A DNA stretch of 64,000 nucleotides from Acidobacteriota bacterium (GTDB taxonomy: Bacteria; Acidobacteriota; UBA6911; RPQK01; JAJDTT01): the NCBI GenBank assembly GCA_965263035.1, contig OZ253580.1, forward strand, positions 4,672,001-4,736,000. Reading direction: 5' to 3'. Within the stretch, counting starts at the first letter, position 1. Every line of letters begins with the position of its first letter. Under the pieces are notes generated by a model. The model ran no database searches. It saw only the letters and a program-made list of their open reading frames with translations, and had not been told where the DNA came from. This document shows, in pieces, positions 1 through 10,387 of the stretch. The translations under genes were made by a program, and so were the position numbers.

Positions 1-124
1 GGTAGAATCGGTCCATATTTCCCCGATTTCTCGGCGAATAGAACGACTATGCACCTCCAAATCGAGAAAATCCGGCCTCGATTCCCCGCTTTCTCGCTAC
101 GATTCATTTCTACCGCGCAGACTC
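1..124 (-). mobile_element. MITE copy 1 (partial, cut by window start; slightly diverged)
   Basis: Reverse complement matches the elements at 7882-8040 and 45753-45911 with about 5 differences; ends ...GCGCAGACTC followed by CTGG. Confidence 0.9.
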
Positions 125-214
125 CTGGTTTTTCAAAACGCCGGAATCACAAACCCGCGAAAGGATAACCCGGCTCCCCCGAGGCTGTCGAACGGCACCC
201 CTCTTGCAGCGGCG

Positions 215-1525
215 TCAGTTCCTCCCCGACTCCCGGCAACCCTTCTGTTCATCCACGCGCCGGAGCAACCAGAGGCCGGCGGCGAAGAAGAAGATCATGG
301 TCGACATGCCCACCCTCTGGGAGTCGAAATGGCTGGTCAACACTCCCACCAGGAAGGGTCCCAGGAACGCGGTCGCCTTGCCCGAGAAGGCGAAGAGGCC
401 GTAGAACTCGTTTTCCTTATCCCGGGGGACGAATCGGCCCAGGAGAGACCGGCTGGCGGATTGGTTGGGGCCGGCACAGATGCCGACCAGGATGCAGGCG
501 CCCCAGAACATGCCGCGGCTGGGGGTCAGGATGGCGACGACGGCGGCGATGATGAGCCCACAGAGGCTGATTTCGATGGTCCGCTTTCCGCCGATCCGGT
601 CGTCCAGGTGGCCCAGGAAGAAGGCCCCGACGCCGGCCGCCACGTTCAGGGCCAGCCCGAAGATCATCAGTTCCGAGAAGGTGAAGCCGAAGGTCCCGGT
701 GGCGTAGATGCCTCCGAAGGCGAAGATGGTCACCAAGCCGTCGTTGTACAGCAACCGGGCCAGGAGGAGCTTGGTGATTTCCCGGTAGCGGCGCACGTCG
801 CGGAGGGCGACCGCCAAATGGTGGAAGGAAGACAACAGCATTCGGGACGACAACGGGGTTCGAGGCTGGACCTCTCGAACCCAGAGCAGCAGGGGCAGGG
901 TGAAGACGGCGTACCAGGCGGCGACCACGAGGTTCGTGGCCCGAATGTGCGATCCGGCCTCCCGGCTGAAACCGAACCAGGGCGTGGCCGCATCCACGAA
1001 ACCCACGAAAGCCAAGGCCATGGCGGCGAGTCCGCCCGCATAACCCAGGGCCCACCCATACCCGGAGATGCGCCCGATGCGATTCTGGGGAGCGATTTCC
1101 GGAAGCATTGCGTTGTAGAAGACCAAGGACAGTTCGAAAGCGATGTTGGCCAGAGTGAACCAGAGCAGGGCCTGGAAGACCTGGCCCGGGAGGGGCAGGT
1201 AGAGCAGGGCCGTGAAGACGATGCAGGCGACGGTCCAGAGCAGCAGGAAGAACTTTCGGTAGCCGCCCCGATCGGCCACCACTCCCAGAATCGGTGACAG
1301 CAGAGCCACGACCAGAGCGGTTACGGTGACGGCCCGGGACCAGGCCAGGGTCCCCGAGATCGTGTCGGCGGCAATGGCCTGGGTGAAGTAGGACGCGTAG
1401 ATGAAGGTCACCACCAAGGTGGTGAAGGGGGAATTGGCGAAGTCGTAAAAGCACCAGGAAACGACGGCTCGGCGCGAAGCGGGTGCTCCAGCTGCCGGCA
1501 AGCTGCCTGTCGTCTGATCCACCAT
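215..1525 (-). CDS. MFS transporter (UMF1/Atg22-like)
   Basis: 436 aa, about 12 hydrophobic segments, N-terminal W-x-x-YDFANS motif, G-x-x-ADR-x-G MFS loop. Confidence 0.88.
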   Translation of the reverse strand: MVDQTTGSLPAAGAPASRRAVVSWCFYDFANSPFTTLVVTFIYASYFTQAIAADTISGTLAWSRAVTVTALVVALLSPILGVVADRGGYRKFFLLLWTVACIVFTALLYLPLPGQVFQALLWFTLANIAFELSLVFYNAMLPEIAPQNRIGRISGYGWALGYAGGLAAMALAFVGFVDAATPWFGFSREAGSHIRATNLVVAAWYAVFTLPLLLWVREVQPRTPLSSRMLLSSFHHLAVALRDVRRYREITKLLLARLLYNDGLVTIFAFGGIYATGTFGFTFSELMIFGLALNVAAGVGAFFLGHLDDRIGGKRTIEISLCGLIIAAVVAILTPSRGMFWGACILVGICAGPNQSASRSLLGRFVPRDKENEFYGLFAFSGKATAFLGPFLVGVLTSHFDSQRVGMSTMIFFFAAGLWLLRRVDEQKGCRESGRN

Positions 1526-1599
1526 CGGCCCCCTCCTGATTGCGACCTTGCCTCACCGGTCCGAACCCAGCCGCTATCCTACTTGAGAATTGGAACGCA

Positions 1600-1752
1600 T
1601 GGAGCGGCGACTTTCTTGTCGCCGATTCGGGGGGGGTAGGGGGGCGGTCAGCCCCCCTTCTTTTCCTCTTGCTCCTCTCCCCCCTCCTCAATCCGGAGCG
1701 GGCGACTGGAAATCGCCCCTCCCAGTGGGCGACAAGAAAGTCGCCACTCCCA
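1600..1752. repeat. REPIN-like element (GGAGCGGCGAC-loop-GTCGCCG hairpin, spacer, two inverted hairpins)
   Basis: GGAGCGGCGACTTTCTTGTCGCCG, then GGGCGACTGGAAATCGCCCCTCCCA and GGGCGACAAGAAAGTCGCCACTCCCA; same architecture at 55737-55899 and 57940-58103. Confidence 0.8.
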
Positions 1753-1846
1753 CTCGTTGCCTGGGCAACCTCTCTTGGCTAAGATGGCTCCCAGCCGTCG
1801 GCAACAGTCATTGCGGCATCCGATCCGGGGATGGCCGCGGGGGATC

Positions 1847-4800
1847 ATGCCAGAACTTCGGTCCGGGATCTGCTTTTGGGGCTGGTGTCTGGCAGTTGCC
1901 CTGCCGGGACTGGCGGCCGGGACAACCGCCCCTTCCGACATCGACTTCAACCGCGACATTCGGCCCATCTTCTCCGAGCAATGCTTCTCCTGCCATGGCC
2001 CCGACCCGGGCCAGCGCCAAGCCTCGCTTCGTCTGGATACCGCCGAAGGGATCGTCTCCGAGCGGGAAGGGAAGGGGCCGGCGGTAGTCCCCGGCAGCGC
2101 CCGGCAGAGCCCCCTCTACCGCAGGATCTCCAGCCCCGATCCCGCCTCCCGCATGCCCCCCGGCTTTCTGGGCCACGAGCCCCTCAGCGACCTCCAGATC
2201 CGCCAGGTCGAGAGCTGGATCGACCAGGGCGCCCGCTGGCAGCCGCACTGGGCCTTCCTCCCGGTCCGCAGGCCGGACACGCCTTTGGTCCGGAAGCGCG
2301 GCTGGGTCCGCAACGGACTCGACGCCTTCGTCCTGCATCGCCTGGAGGAGAACGGTCTCGCACCCTCACCCCAGGCCGCCCCGGAGACGCTGATCCGGCG
2401 GGTGACTCTGGACCTGACGGGTCTGCCGCCCTCGCCTCAGGATCTGGACCGCTTCTTGCGGGATCCTTCGCCGGACGCCTACGAGAAGCTGGTGGACCGC
2501 CTGCTGGGCTCCACCCGGTACGGGGAGCACATGGCGGTTCGCTGGCTGGAAGCGGCCCGCTACGCTGACACCAACGGCTACCAGAGTGACGGCATCCGGC
2601 AGATGTGGCGCTGGCGGGACTGGGTGATCGACGCCTTCAACCGGAACCTCGGTTTCCATCAGTTCACCATCGAGCAACTGGCGGGAGATCTTCTGGCAGG
2701 AGCGACGCGGGATCAGATCGTCGCCACGGGGTTCAACCGGAACCACCGGACCAGCGCCGAAGGGGGCTCCATCGACGAGGAGCTACGGGTCGAGTACGTG
2801 GCCGACCGGGTGGAGACCACCTCGACGGTCTGGATGGGCCTGACGGTGGGGTGCGCCCGCTGTCACGATCACAAGTACGATCCCATCAGCCAGCGGGAGT
2901 ACTACCGTTTCTACTCCTTCTTCAACAACGTCCCGGAACGCGGCTTCGTCTACAACTTCGGCAACGAAGATCCGGTGGTCAAGGCGCCCACGCCGTCGCA
3001 GGAGGCGCGTCTCGACGAGCTGGACGATCAGGTCCGCAAGGCCCGTCTCCGCCTCGAGGAGCTGGACGACGAGCGGAGCAGGGCTCAGCGAGCCTGGGAA
3101 GAGGAAGTCCGGGCACAAGGCCGGGGCGAGGACTGGACCCTGGACCGGGGCCTGTTGGTGCATTTCCCCTTGGACGGCGATTGGTCCGAGACCACGGGGA
3201 ACCTGAAGCGGGTATGGGCAGAGGAGGCCGAGAAGAAGAAGGAGAAACAGAAGGAACAGGCCAAAGAGAAGGCGGTCGAGCCGGAGGAATCGTTGCCCGA
3301 ACCTCCCTTCCTGGACGGTGGCCCGGAGCCGAAACTGGACTTCGCGCCCGGGCGCAAGGGTCAGGCGGGCCGCTTCGACGGGCGGTTCGTCAACGGCGGT
3401 CCCGTCGCCAGCTTCGACTACATGGACCCGTTCACCCTCTCGGCCTGGTTCTATCCCCGGTCCGGCCAGGGGGCCATCCTCTCCAGTGTCGTGGACCGGT
3501 TCCGGGCGCGCGGCTACGGCCTCTACCTGAGGGAAGGGAAGCTGCGCTTCAACTTCACCTACCGTTGGTCGGACCTGGGCATGCGTCTGGAGACGGAGCA
3601 GGTCCTGGAGCGGAACCGCTGGCACCACGTGGTCTTGAGCTACGACGGCAGACGCAACGCGAGCGGGTTCCGGCTCCACCTGAACGGCGTCCTGCAGGAG
3701 CCGGTGGTGCTGTTCGACTACCTGCTCCAGCCCATGGGCCCCAAACGGGATTTCCGGATCGGCGCCGGCGAGGGTCCCGACGACCGCTTCGACGGGTTCA
3801 TCGACGAGGTCCGGATCTACGACCGGGAACTCTCAAACCGGGAAGCGCGGGTGATCGGTCTTTTGGACCCGGTCTCGGAGCTCGCCGCCCTGGCCCCTTC
3901 GGACCGGAGGGTCACCCAGCAGGACAAGCTGGACCTCTGTTTCCTGGAGGGCGGCCACGCACCGGAGGCCGTACGGCAGGCCGTCCAGGAACTGCGGGAG
4001 GCGCAGAAACGGCGCCAGGACCACAACGATTCCATTCCCACCGTGATGGTGATGAAGGAGCGAACCCGTAGGCGGCAGACCTACGTGCTGGACCGCGGCG
4101 CCTACGACGCCCACACCGAACCGGTGAAGCCGGGGGTTCCGGCGGCCCTGGACTCGAAGTTCGAGGCGCCGGTTCCGGACCGCCTGGGCCTGGCGCGGTG
4201 GCTCGTGGACCGGTCCAACCCCTTGACGGCTCGGGTGACGGTGAATCGGCTCTGGCAGAAGCTGTTCGGAGCCGGTCTGGTTCGGACTCCCGAGGACTTC
4301 GGCTCCCAGGGCGATCGGCCCACCCATCCCCGGCTGCTGGACTGGTTGGCCGCGGAGTTCATGAAGAGCGGCTGGGACGTCAAGGGACTGCTCAGAACCG
4401 TGGTGACCAGCGCCACCTACCGCCAATCCTCCCGTCAGTCGCCGGAGCTGTCCGAGCGGGACCCGGAGAACCTGCTGCTGGCGCGGGCGCCCCGTTTTCG
4501 CCTCCCGGCTCAGGCGATCCGGGACCAGGCCCTGGCCGTTTCAGGGCTTCTGGTGGAGCAACTGGGAGGCCCCTCCGTCAAGCCCTACCAGCCCCCCGGT
4601 TTGTGGAAGGAACTGACTTCCCGGAAGGGCGGCTATGAAGCCGACCAGGGCGAGAGCCTCTATCGCAGGAGTCTCTACACCTTCTGGAGACGGACCATCG
4701 CGCCGCCGGCCATGGTGACTTTCGACGCGTCCACTCGAGAGGCCTGCACCGTGCGCACCGACCGGACCAACACGCCGCTTCAGGCCCTGAACCTGATGAA

Positions 4801-5119
4801 CGACGAGACCTATCTGGAGACGTCCCGCCGTCTGGCCGAGCGCATGCTCGAGGAAGGCGGCGCGACGCCCCTGGCTCGTATCGCCTACGGTTTCCGTCTG
4901 GTGACCGCCCGCTGGCCGGGACCGTCGGAGCAGACCACTCTGCTCCAAGCTCTGGAACGGTTCGAGCAGGACTTCGAGACCCGGCCCCAGGAGGCATTGG
5001 ACTACCTGGCTTCAGGGGCGTCGGCCCGGAACGAGAATCTGAACCCGCAAGAATTGGCTTCCTACGCCGGCCTGGCCAGCGTTATCCTGAACCTGGACGA
5101 GGCCATTACCAAGGAGTGA
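1847..5119 (+). CDS. Planctomycete-type cytochrome c / DUF1549 / LamG / DUF1553 (PSD1) protein
   Basis: Signal peptide; CFSCH and [11 protein letters not shown] heme motifs; RYADTNG, RRSLY and TNTPLQAL motifs; LamG-like WHHVV...IDEVRIY insert; ATG at 1847 chosen. Confidence 0.9.
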   Translation: MPELRSGICFWGWCLAVALPGLAAGTTAPSDIDFNRDIRPIFSEQCFSCHGPDPGQRQASLRLDTAEGIVSEREGKGPAVVPGSARQSPLYRRISSPDPASRMPPGFLGHEPLSDLQIRQVESWIDQGARWQPHWAFLPVRRPDTPLVRKRGWVRNGLDAFVLHRLEENGLAPSPQAAPETLIRRVTLDLTGLPPSPQDLDRFLRDPSPDAYEKLVDRLLGSTRYGEHMAVRWLEAARYADTNGYQSDGIRQMWRWRDWVIDAFNRNLGFHQFTIEQLAGDLLAGATRDQIVATGFNRNHRTSAEGGSIDEELRVEYVADRVETTSTVWMGLTVGCARCHDHKYDPISQREYYRFYSFFNNVPERGFVYNFGNEDPVVKAPTPSQEARLDELDDQVRKARLRLEELDDERSRAQRAWEEEVRAQGRGEDWTLDRGLLVHFPLDGDWSETTGNLKRVWAEEAEKKKEKQKEQAKEKAVEPEESLPEPPFLDGGPEPKLDFAPGRKGQAGRFDGRFVNGGPVASFDYMDPFTLSAWFYPRSGQGAILSSVVDRFRARGYGLYLREGKLRFNFTYRWSDLGMRLETEQVLERNRWHHVVLSYDGRRNASGFRLHLNGVLQEPVVLFDYLLQPMGPKRDFRIGAGEGPDDRFDGFIDEVRIYDRELSNREARVIGLLDPVSELAALAPSDRRVTQQDKLDLCFLEGGHAPEAVRQAVQELREAQKRRQDHNDSIPTVMVMKERTRRRQTYVLDRGAYDAHTEPVKPGVPAALDSKFEAPVPDRLGLARWLVDRSNPLTARVTVNRLWQKLFGAGLVRTPEDFGSQGDRPTHPRLLDWLAAEFMKSGWDVKGLLRTVVTSATYRQSSRQSPELSERDPENLLLARAPRFRLPAQAIRDQALAVSGLLVEQLGGPSVKPYQPPGLWKELTSRKGGYEADQGESLYRRSLYTFWRRTIAPPAMVTFDASTREACTVRTDRTNTPLQALNLMNDETYLETSRRLAERMLEEGGATPLARIAYGFRLVTARWPGPSEQTTLLQALERFEQDFETRPQEALDYLASGASARNENLNPQELASYAGLASVILNLDEAITKE

Positions 5120-5126
5120 CGCCGAC

Positions 5127-6593
5127 ATGGATCCCTGGAAGCGATATCGACTGATGCAGACCCGGCGCCACTTCTTCGGCGCCACCGCCGCCGGAATCGG
5201 GACCGCCGCCCTGGGATCGCTGCTCCAAGAGGACCTTCAGGCTGCCCGGAGCACCGGAGACGGATCCGCTACGGCTTCTTTTCCCGGACTCGCACCCCTG
5301 CCCCACTTCGCCCCCACGGCCAAGCGGGTGATCTGGCTGTTCCAGTCGGGAGGCCCCTCCCAGATGGACCTGTTCGACTACAAGCCGGCCCTGACCCCCC
5401 GCCGCGGCGAGGAACTGCCCGAATCCATCCGCCAGGGCCAGCGCCTCACCAGCATGACCTCCGAGCAGGGCAGTTTTCCCGTGGCTCCGTCCATCTACGA
5501 GTTCGCCCAACACGGCCAGTCGGGAGCCTGGATCAGCGAACTCCTGCCCCGGACCGCCGAGATCGCCGACGACCTCTGCTTCATCCGGTCCATGCATACC
5601 GAGGCCATCAATCACGATCCGGCCGTCACCTTTCTCCTGACCGGCGCGCAGATCGCGGGGCGGCCCAGTCTGGGCTCCTGGTTGGCCTACGGTCTGGGGA
5701 ACGAGAACAGCAACCTGCCGGCGTTCGTGGTCATGGTCACCCAGGGGACCGGAGGACAGCCGCTCTACGACCGCCTCTGGGGAAGCGGCTTCCTGCCCAG
5801 CCGCTACCAGGGGGTCAAGTTCCGTTCGGTGGGGGATCCGGTCCTCTACCTCTCCGATCCCAAGGGCTTCGGACGGGAGAGCCGGCGGCATTTTCTGGAT
5901 GCCCTGAACCGCATGAACCGGATCAAGCTGGAGGAGTCCGGCGACCCGGAGATCTCGGCCCGGATCTCCCAATACGAAATGGCCTTCCGCATGCAGACCT
6001 CAGTGCCCGAGCTCACCGACCTGTCGGGAGAGCCGGAACACATCTTCCAACTCTACGGCGAGGACGCCCGAAAGCCGGGCACCTTCGCCTCCAACTGTCT
6101 GCTCGCCCGGCGCCTGGCCGAGCGGGGGGTGCGTTTCATCCAGGTCTTCCACCGGGGTTGGGATCAACACGGGAAGCTGCCCACCGCCCTCCCCCGGCAG
6201 TGCAAGGCCACCGACCAGGCCTCGGCCGCGCTGGTGCAGGACCTGAAGCAGAGGGGAATGCTGGAGGACACGCTGGTGGTCTGGGGCGGCGAGTTCGGGA
6301 GAACCGTCTACTGCCAGGGACCGCTGACCGAGTCCGACTACGGCCGCGACCATCATCCCCGGTGCTTCACCATCTGGATGACCGGCGGCGGCGTCCGTCC
6401 GGGCGTGGTCCTGGGGGAGACCGACGAGTTCTCCTACAACATCACCCGGGACCCGGTCCACGTCCACGACCTGCAGGCCACCCTCCTTCACTGCCTGGGC
6501 ATCGACCACACGCGGCTGACCTACAAGTACCAGGGCCGCCACTTCCGGCTCACCGACGTCCACGGCGAGGTGTTGGACCGAATCCTGGTCTAA
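5127..6593 (+). CDS. DUF1501 family protein (Tat-exported)
   Basis: TRRHFF Tat motif, [23 protein letters not shown] and GRDH motifs; directly downstream of the PSD1 gene. Confidence 0.9.
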   Translation: MDPWKRYRLMQTRRHFFGATAAGIGTAALGSLLQEDLQAARSTGDGSATASFPGLAPLPHFAPTAKRVIWLFQSGGPSQMDLFDYKPALTPRRGEELPESIRQGQRLTSMTSEQGSFPVAPSIYEFAQHGQSGAWISELLPRTAEIADDLCFIRSMHTEAINHDPAVTFLLTGAQIAGRPSLGSWLAYGLGNENSNLPAFVVMVTQGTGGQPLYDRLWGSGFLPSRYQGVKFRSVGDPVLYLSDPKGFGRESRRHFLDALNRMNRIKLEESGDPEISARISQYEMAFRMQTSVPELTDLSGEPEHIFQLYGEDARKPGTFASNCLLARRLAERGVRFIQVFHRGWDQHGKLPTALPRQCKATDQASAALVQDLKQRGMLEDTLVVWGGEFGRTVYCQGPLTESDYGRDHHPRCFTIWMTGGGVRPGVVLGETDEFSYNITRDPVHVHDLQATLLHCLGIDHTRLTYKYQGRHFRLTDVHGEVLDRILV

Positions 6594-6628
6594 CCAACCA
6601 CGGCCCGCCGTCCACGACAAGCTCGAAC

Positions 6629-6699
6629 TGGGAGGGGGGACTTGTAGTCCCCCTCTTCATCGCCGACCCGGAATCGGGGGTTACAAACCCCCGCTCCCA
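6629..6699. repeat. REP doublet (inverted pair of GGGAG-tailed hairpins)
   Basis: GGGAG-tailed GGGGGAC-TTGTA-GTCCCCC hairpin followed by an inverted GGGG-TTACAAA-CCCC hairpin ending GCTCCCA. Confidence 0.7.
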
Positions 6700-6807
6700 C
6701 GCTCAACCGGGAACCCAATTTCCACCTCGGTCCCGCCCAACACCGGGAGGGGCGGTGGTGCGGCGCTGCAGGAACAACTATGGAAGGCGAGCGAGTGTCA
6801 TGTGGAG

Positions 6808-6816
6808 TGTTACAAT
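6808..6816 (+). promoter_or_regulatory. Possible extended -10 promoter (TGtTACAAT) of the TIR operon
   Basis: TGnTACAAT about 30 bp upstream of the TIR1 start in an AT-rich stretch; no experimental support. Confidence 0.3.
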
Positions 6817-6844
6817 CAGGATCACACTTTAAAATCATTCGATA

Positions 6845-7258
6845 GTGATGACGTACTCTTCAGCGCCCCCCGGCGTGTTCCTTAGTTTCGCCATGGAGCA
6901 CAAGCCGCTCGTCGACCTGTTTCGAGATCAGGCGCAAAACGGCCATTTAGGTCTAGTTTTTCATGACTACTCCCTCCAGGAACCCGTGGAAGGTGCGTGG
7001 AAGATTCATGCGGAGCGTCTCATTCGAGCGTCAAGCGTGACGATCTGTCTGATCGGCGAGACTACTTGGCGTAGCGAGCCCGTGAATTGGGAGGTTCGAA
7101 GGAGTGCGGAACTTGGCAGACGTGTTCTGGCTGTCTACCTGCAGTCAAATGCCGCACGGTCTCCGGCGGCGCTTATGGAAATCGGTGTAACACCCATGCC
7201 GTGGGACATCAAGATGATAGTGGCTCACCTGTACGATGAACAACGACAAGTCAGTTGA
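6845..7258 (+). CDS. TIR-domain protein (ThsB/DUF1863-like)
   Basis: 137 aa; VFLSF betaA, DYS motif, SSVTICLIG, SEPVNWEV with the putative catalytic Glu. Confidence 0.85.
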   Translation: MMTYSSAPPGVFLSFAMEHKPLVDLFRDQAQNGHLGLVFHDYSLQEPVEGAWKIHAERLIRASSVTICLIGETTWRSEPVNWEVRRSAELGRRVLAVYLQSNAARSPAALMEIGVTPMPWDIKMIVAHLYDEQRQVS

Positions 7259-7752
7259 CGATGAGTTGTTTCGTAACGGCGAACCCGCGCCCGACGACGC
7301 GGAAGCGTTGCTGACGCAGTATCGATTGTTCGTGGAGACGTCCGAAGCGCTTTCCGCGCGGCGTCAAGGTGTAAATACTTTTTTCCTCTCCGTGAACTCT
7401 ATACGTTCTTGCAGCCGCCGGTTTGCTCCTGCGCGATGACAAATTCAGCAACTTGGAGTCCATGGCGCTGGCCTGTCTGAGTTGCGGCGGCGCTGTGCTG
7501 AGTTTCGTCTGGTGGCGATTGATTTCTTCCTTCCAACAACTGAGCCAAGGCAAGTTCGCCGTAATCCATGCGCTTGAGCGACGATTGCCTGCTCGAATAT
7601 TCGCTGCGGAGTGGGTTGCCCTCGGATCCGGAAAGGATCCAAAGAAGTACAAGCCGTTCACCACAATAGAAAAGGCTACGCCATGGGTCTTTGGTTTGCT
7701 TCACAGTCTCCTTGTCATTGCGGGTATCTACATGCTTGGTAGGTGCGATTAG
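7236..7752 (+). pseudogene. Rip1/RipA-like multi-TM membrane protein, +1 frameshift at about 7401-7404
   Basis: ORF 7236-7439 (LLTQYRLFVETSEALSARRQGVNTFFLSVNS) and ORF 7423-7752 (WWRLISSFQQL..KF.VI..LE..LP..EW..L..Y..IE..P) join into one 171-aa protein if one base of ATAC is removed. Confidence 0.75.
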
Positions 7753-7754
7753 CA

Positions 7755-8349
7755 ATGAGTACACATCGAATCCATATCTTCATCAGCCACTCGTGGGCAT
7801 ACTCGAACCACTACACTAAACTGCGTGAGTGGATCTTCGAAGAAAACTGGCGGGTTGGCCAAGCGTCACTAACTTTCCTAGGAGTCTGCGCGGTAGAAAT
7901 GATCGTAGCGAGAAAGTGGGGAATCGAGGCCAGATTTTCTCGATTGTGAGGTGCATAGTTGTTCTATTCGCCGAGAAATCGGGGAAATATGGACCGATTC
8001 TACCGCTTTCGCAGTAGATCAATTTCTGCGGCGCAGGCTCCTAGATTACTCTGTTCCCAAGGATGATCCGATCCACAATGCCCCCTCGGCTCGTGACCTC
8101 AGGGACGCAATTTACAGGAAGATCGTCCGCAGCCGCGTGGTCGTCATCCCAACCGGAATGTACGTGAACTACAGCAAGTGGATCCAAAAGGAGATCGACG
8201 GCGCGAAGCAGAAAGAGAAACCGATTCTTGGCGTAAACCCATGGGGACAACAGAGAGTCTCACGCATCGTGGCGGATGCTGCGGACAAGTTGGTCGGGTG
8301 GAGGAAGAAGAGTGTCGTTGACGGGATTTGGAATCTATACCGGAGATGA
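7755..8349 (+). pseudogene. Second TIR-domain protein (ThsB/DUF1863-like) interrupted by a MITE
   Basis: HIFISHSW N-part and DYSVPKDDP...SKWIQKEID C-part rejoin in frame (TFL|DYS, 143 aa) when the 163 bp of MITE plus duplication are removed. Confidence 0.9.
7882..8040 (+). mobile_element. MITE copy 2 (159 bp, CTAG flanking duplication at 7878-7881 and 8041-8044)
   Basis: Imperfect TIRs GAGTCTGCGCGGTAGAAATGATC / GATCAATTTCTGCGGCGCAGGCTC; one mismatch to copy 3. Confidence 0.95.
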
Positions 8350-8490
8350 ATGTCAATTGAGCGCAAACTGGACTTTCTCCATTCTTCTGGAGGCTCAGGA
8401 GAGATTTGAACGAGGATTGCGACGAGGCGGTCCAATCCCGGCGGCGCGGCCAAACAACAGCTGCTTGAGCCCATCCGCAATGGCATAGAC

Positions 8491-10287
8491 ATGGTTCGAC
8501 CGATCCCGTCCCAGACCGACGCCAGCGGACGGCCCCCCACCGGCCGGCCGGTGATCTACGCCACCCAGGGGGTCATTTCCAGCGGCCACTACCTGACCTC
8601 CATGGCCGGGATGGGCATGCTGCTGGGGGGCGGCAACGCCTTCGACGCGCTGGTGGCGGCCGGGTTCGCGGCTGCGGTGACCGAACCGGTGGCCTCCTAC
8701 TCGTTGGCGGCCGAGTCGGTCTTCATGCTCTACGACGCCGACAGCGGCGATCTCCTCTCGCTGAGCGGCCAGGGCACGGCTCCCGAACTGGCCACGGTCG
8801 ACTTCTTTCGCAGTCAAGGACTGGACGAGATCCCCACCGGTCCCGGACCCCTGGCCCATCTCTCCTTTACGGTTCCGGGCGTGGTGGACGCGTTGCTGTC
8901 TCTTCTGGAGCGATACGGAACCTTCCCCCTGTCTCAGGTTCTGGAGCCGGCTATCCACCTGGCTCAGGCCGGGTTTCCGCACTACGAGTACATGGTCGAC
9001 GCTCTGGACTCCCAGGCCACCCGGGACCAGTTCAACCAGTACCCGCCCGGCGGCAACGAGATCTTCTACCAGGACGGGAAGCTTCCCCGGCCGGGGTCGC
9101 TCCTGGTTCAACCCGGCCTGGCTCGAACGCTGCGGCGGCTGGCCGCCAATGAGGGAGGCGGTTCCCGGGATCGGCTCGAGGGCATCCGGGCGGCCCGGCG
9201 AGACTACTACCAGGGAGACTTGGCCCGCACCCTGGTGGACTGCGCCCGCCGCGCCGGAGGCATTCTGAGCGCCGAGGACCTGGCGGGGTACCGGGCCAAA
9301 TTCGAGGAACCGGCCCGCACCCGTTACCGCGGCTACGAGATCTGCTGCCAGCGGACCTGGTCCCAGGCCCCGGTCCTGCTGCAGACCTTGAACCTTCTGG
9401 AGCATTTCGACCTCCGGGCCCTGGGCCACAACTCGCCGGCGTACGTCCACACCGTGGTGGAGGCTCTGAAGTTGGCGATCACCGACCGTGAAGCCTTCTA
9501 TGGCGACCCCGATTTCGCCCGCGTTCCCCTGGACGGACTCCTCTCGAAGGAATACGCGGCGGAGCGGGTCCCGCTCATCGATCCCGGCAAGGCGCATCCC
9601 GACACACCGCCGCCCGGCAATCCTTGGAAGTACTCCCAGGAACCCCTGGAACGTCCGTCCCAGGAGGCCCCATCCCCTTCACCCCTCCAGGGACCCAGCC
9701 ACGCCGAGCAGGGGACGACCCACATCGCCGTGGTGGACCATCATGGCAACCTGGTGTGCGCGACCCCCAGCGGCGGGTCCTTCGGCAAGTCGGTCTTCTT
9801 CCCCGAGATCGGTTGCGCCCTGAGCACCCGTAGCGAGATGTTCTTCCTGAAGCCGGGCCACCCCAATTGCCTGGAGCCGGGGAAACGGCCCCGGACCACC
9901 CTGGTCGGCTACCTGGTGGTGAAGGACGGGCAACCGGTCATGACCGTCGGCTGCCCCGGCGGCGACCATCAGGCCCAGGCCAACCTCCAGCTCTTGCTCA
10001 ACGTGCTGGTCTTCGGGATGAACATCCAGGAAGCCATCGAGGCGCCCCGCTTCGGGAGCGACAGCCTCCGCAATTCCTTCTACCCGCACGTCTACTTCCC
10101 GGGACAACTCTCCCTGGAAGAGTCCTTCCCCCAATCCACCCGCCGCGAGCTGGAGCGCTTGGGCCATAAGGTCGCGCCGGCTCTCGTCTGCGGAATGGGA
10201 GCCACCCTCACCTGGCGCGATCCGTCCACCGGAATCCTGGCCACCGGCGCCGACCCCCGCCGAGCCTGCTACGCCCTGGGTTGGTAA
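8491..10287 (+). CDS. Gamma-glutamyltransferase family Ntn-hydrolase (cytoplasmic)
   Basis: GGNAFDA, VPG, DREAFYGDP, TTHIAVVD autoprocessing Thr, PGKRP, PGG and GADPRR motifs; no signal peptide. Confidence 0.92.
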   Translation: MVRPIPSQTDASGRPPTGRPVIYATQGVISSGHYLTSMAGMGMLLGGGNAFDALVAAGFAAAVTEPVASYSLAAESVFMLYDADSGDLLSLSGQGTAPELATVDFFRSQGLDEIPTGPGPLAHLSFTVPGVVDALLSLLERYGTFPLSQVLEPAIHLAQAGFPHYEYMVDALDSQATRDQFNQYPPGGNEIFYQDGKLPRPGSLLVQPGLARTLRRLAANEGGGSRDRLEGIRAARRDYYQGDLARTLVDCARRAGGILSAEDLAGYRAKFEEPARTRYRGYEICCQRTWSQAPVLLQTLNLLEHFDLRALGHNSPAYVHTVVEALKLAITDREAFYGDPDFARVPLDGLLSKEYAAERVPLIDPGKAHPDTPPPGNPWKYSQEPLERPSQEAPSPSPLQGPSHAEQGTTHIAVVDHHGNLVCATPSGGSFGKSVFFPEIGCALSTRSEMFFLKPGHPNCLEPGKRPRTTLVGYLVVKDGQPVMTVGCPGGDHQAQANLQLLLNVLVFGMNIQEAIEAPRFGSDSLRNSFYPHVYFPGQLSLEESFPQSTRRELERLGHKVAPALVCGMGATLTWRDPSTGILATGADPRRACYALGW

Positions 10288-10300
10288 CGGGAGCGCCGAA

Positions 10301-10356
10301 TGGGAGCGGCGGCTTTCTTGCCGCCGAATGGGAACGGCGGCTTTCTTGCCGCCGAC
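10301..10356. repeat. Tandem REP doublet
   Basis: TGGGAGCGGCGGCTTTCTTGCCGCCGAATGGGAACGGCGGCTTTCTTGCCGCCGA; repeated at 10506-10559. Confidence 0.85.
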
Positions 10357-10387
10357 TCTTACGATCACCGACGACCGGCACCCCCCC

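Noticed and set aside
7816-8022. ORFs MIYCESGRIG.../MDLRRK... and the look-alike at 45225-45893
   Set aside because: They are read through the MITE; the similarity comes from the repeat and shows no transposase motif.
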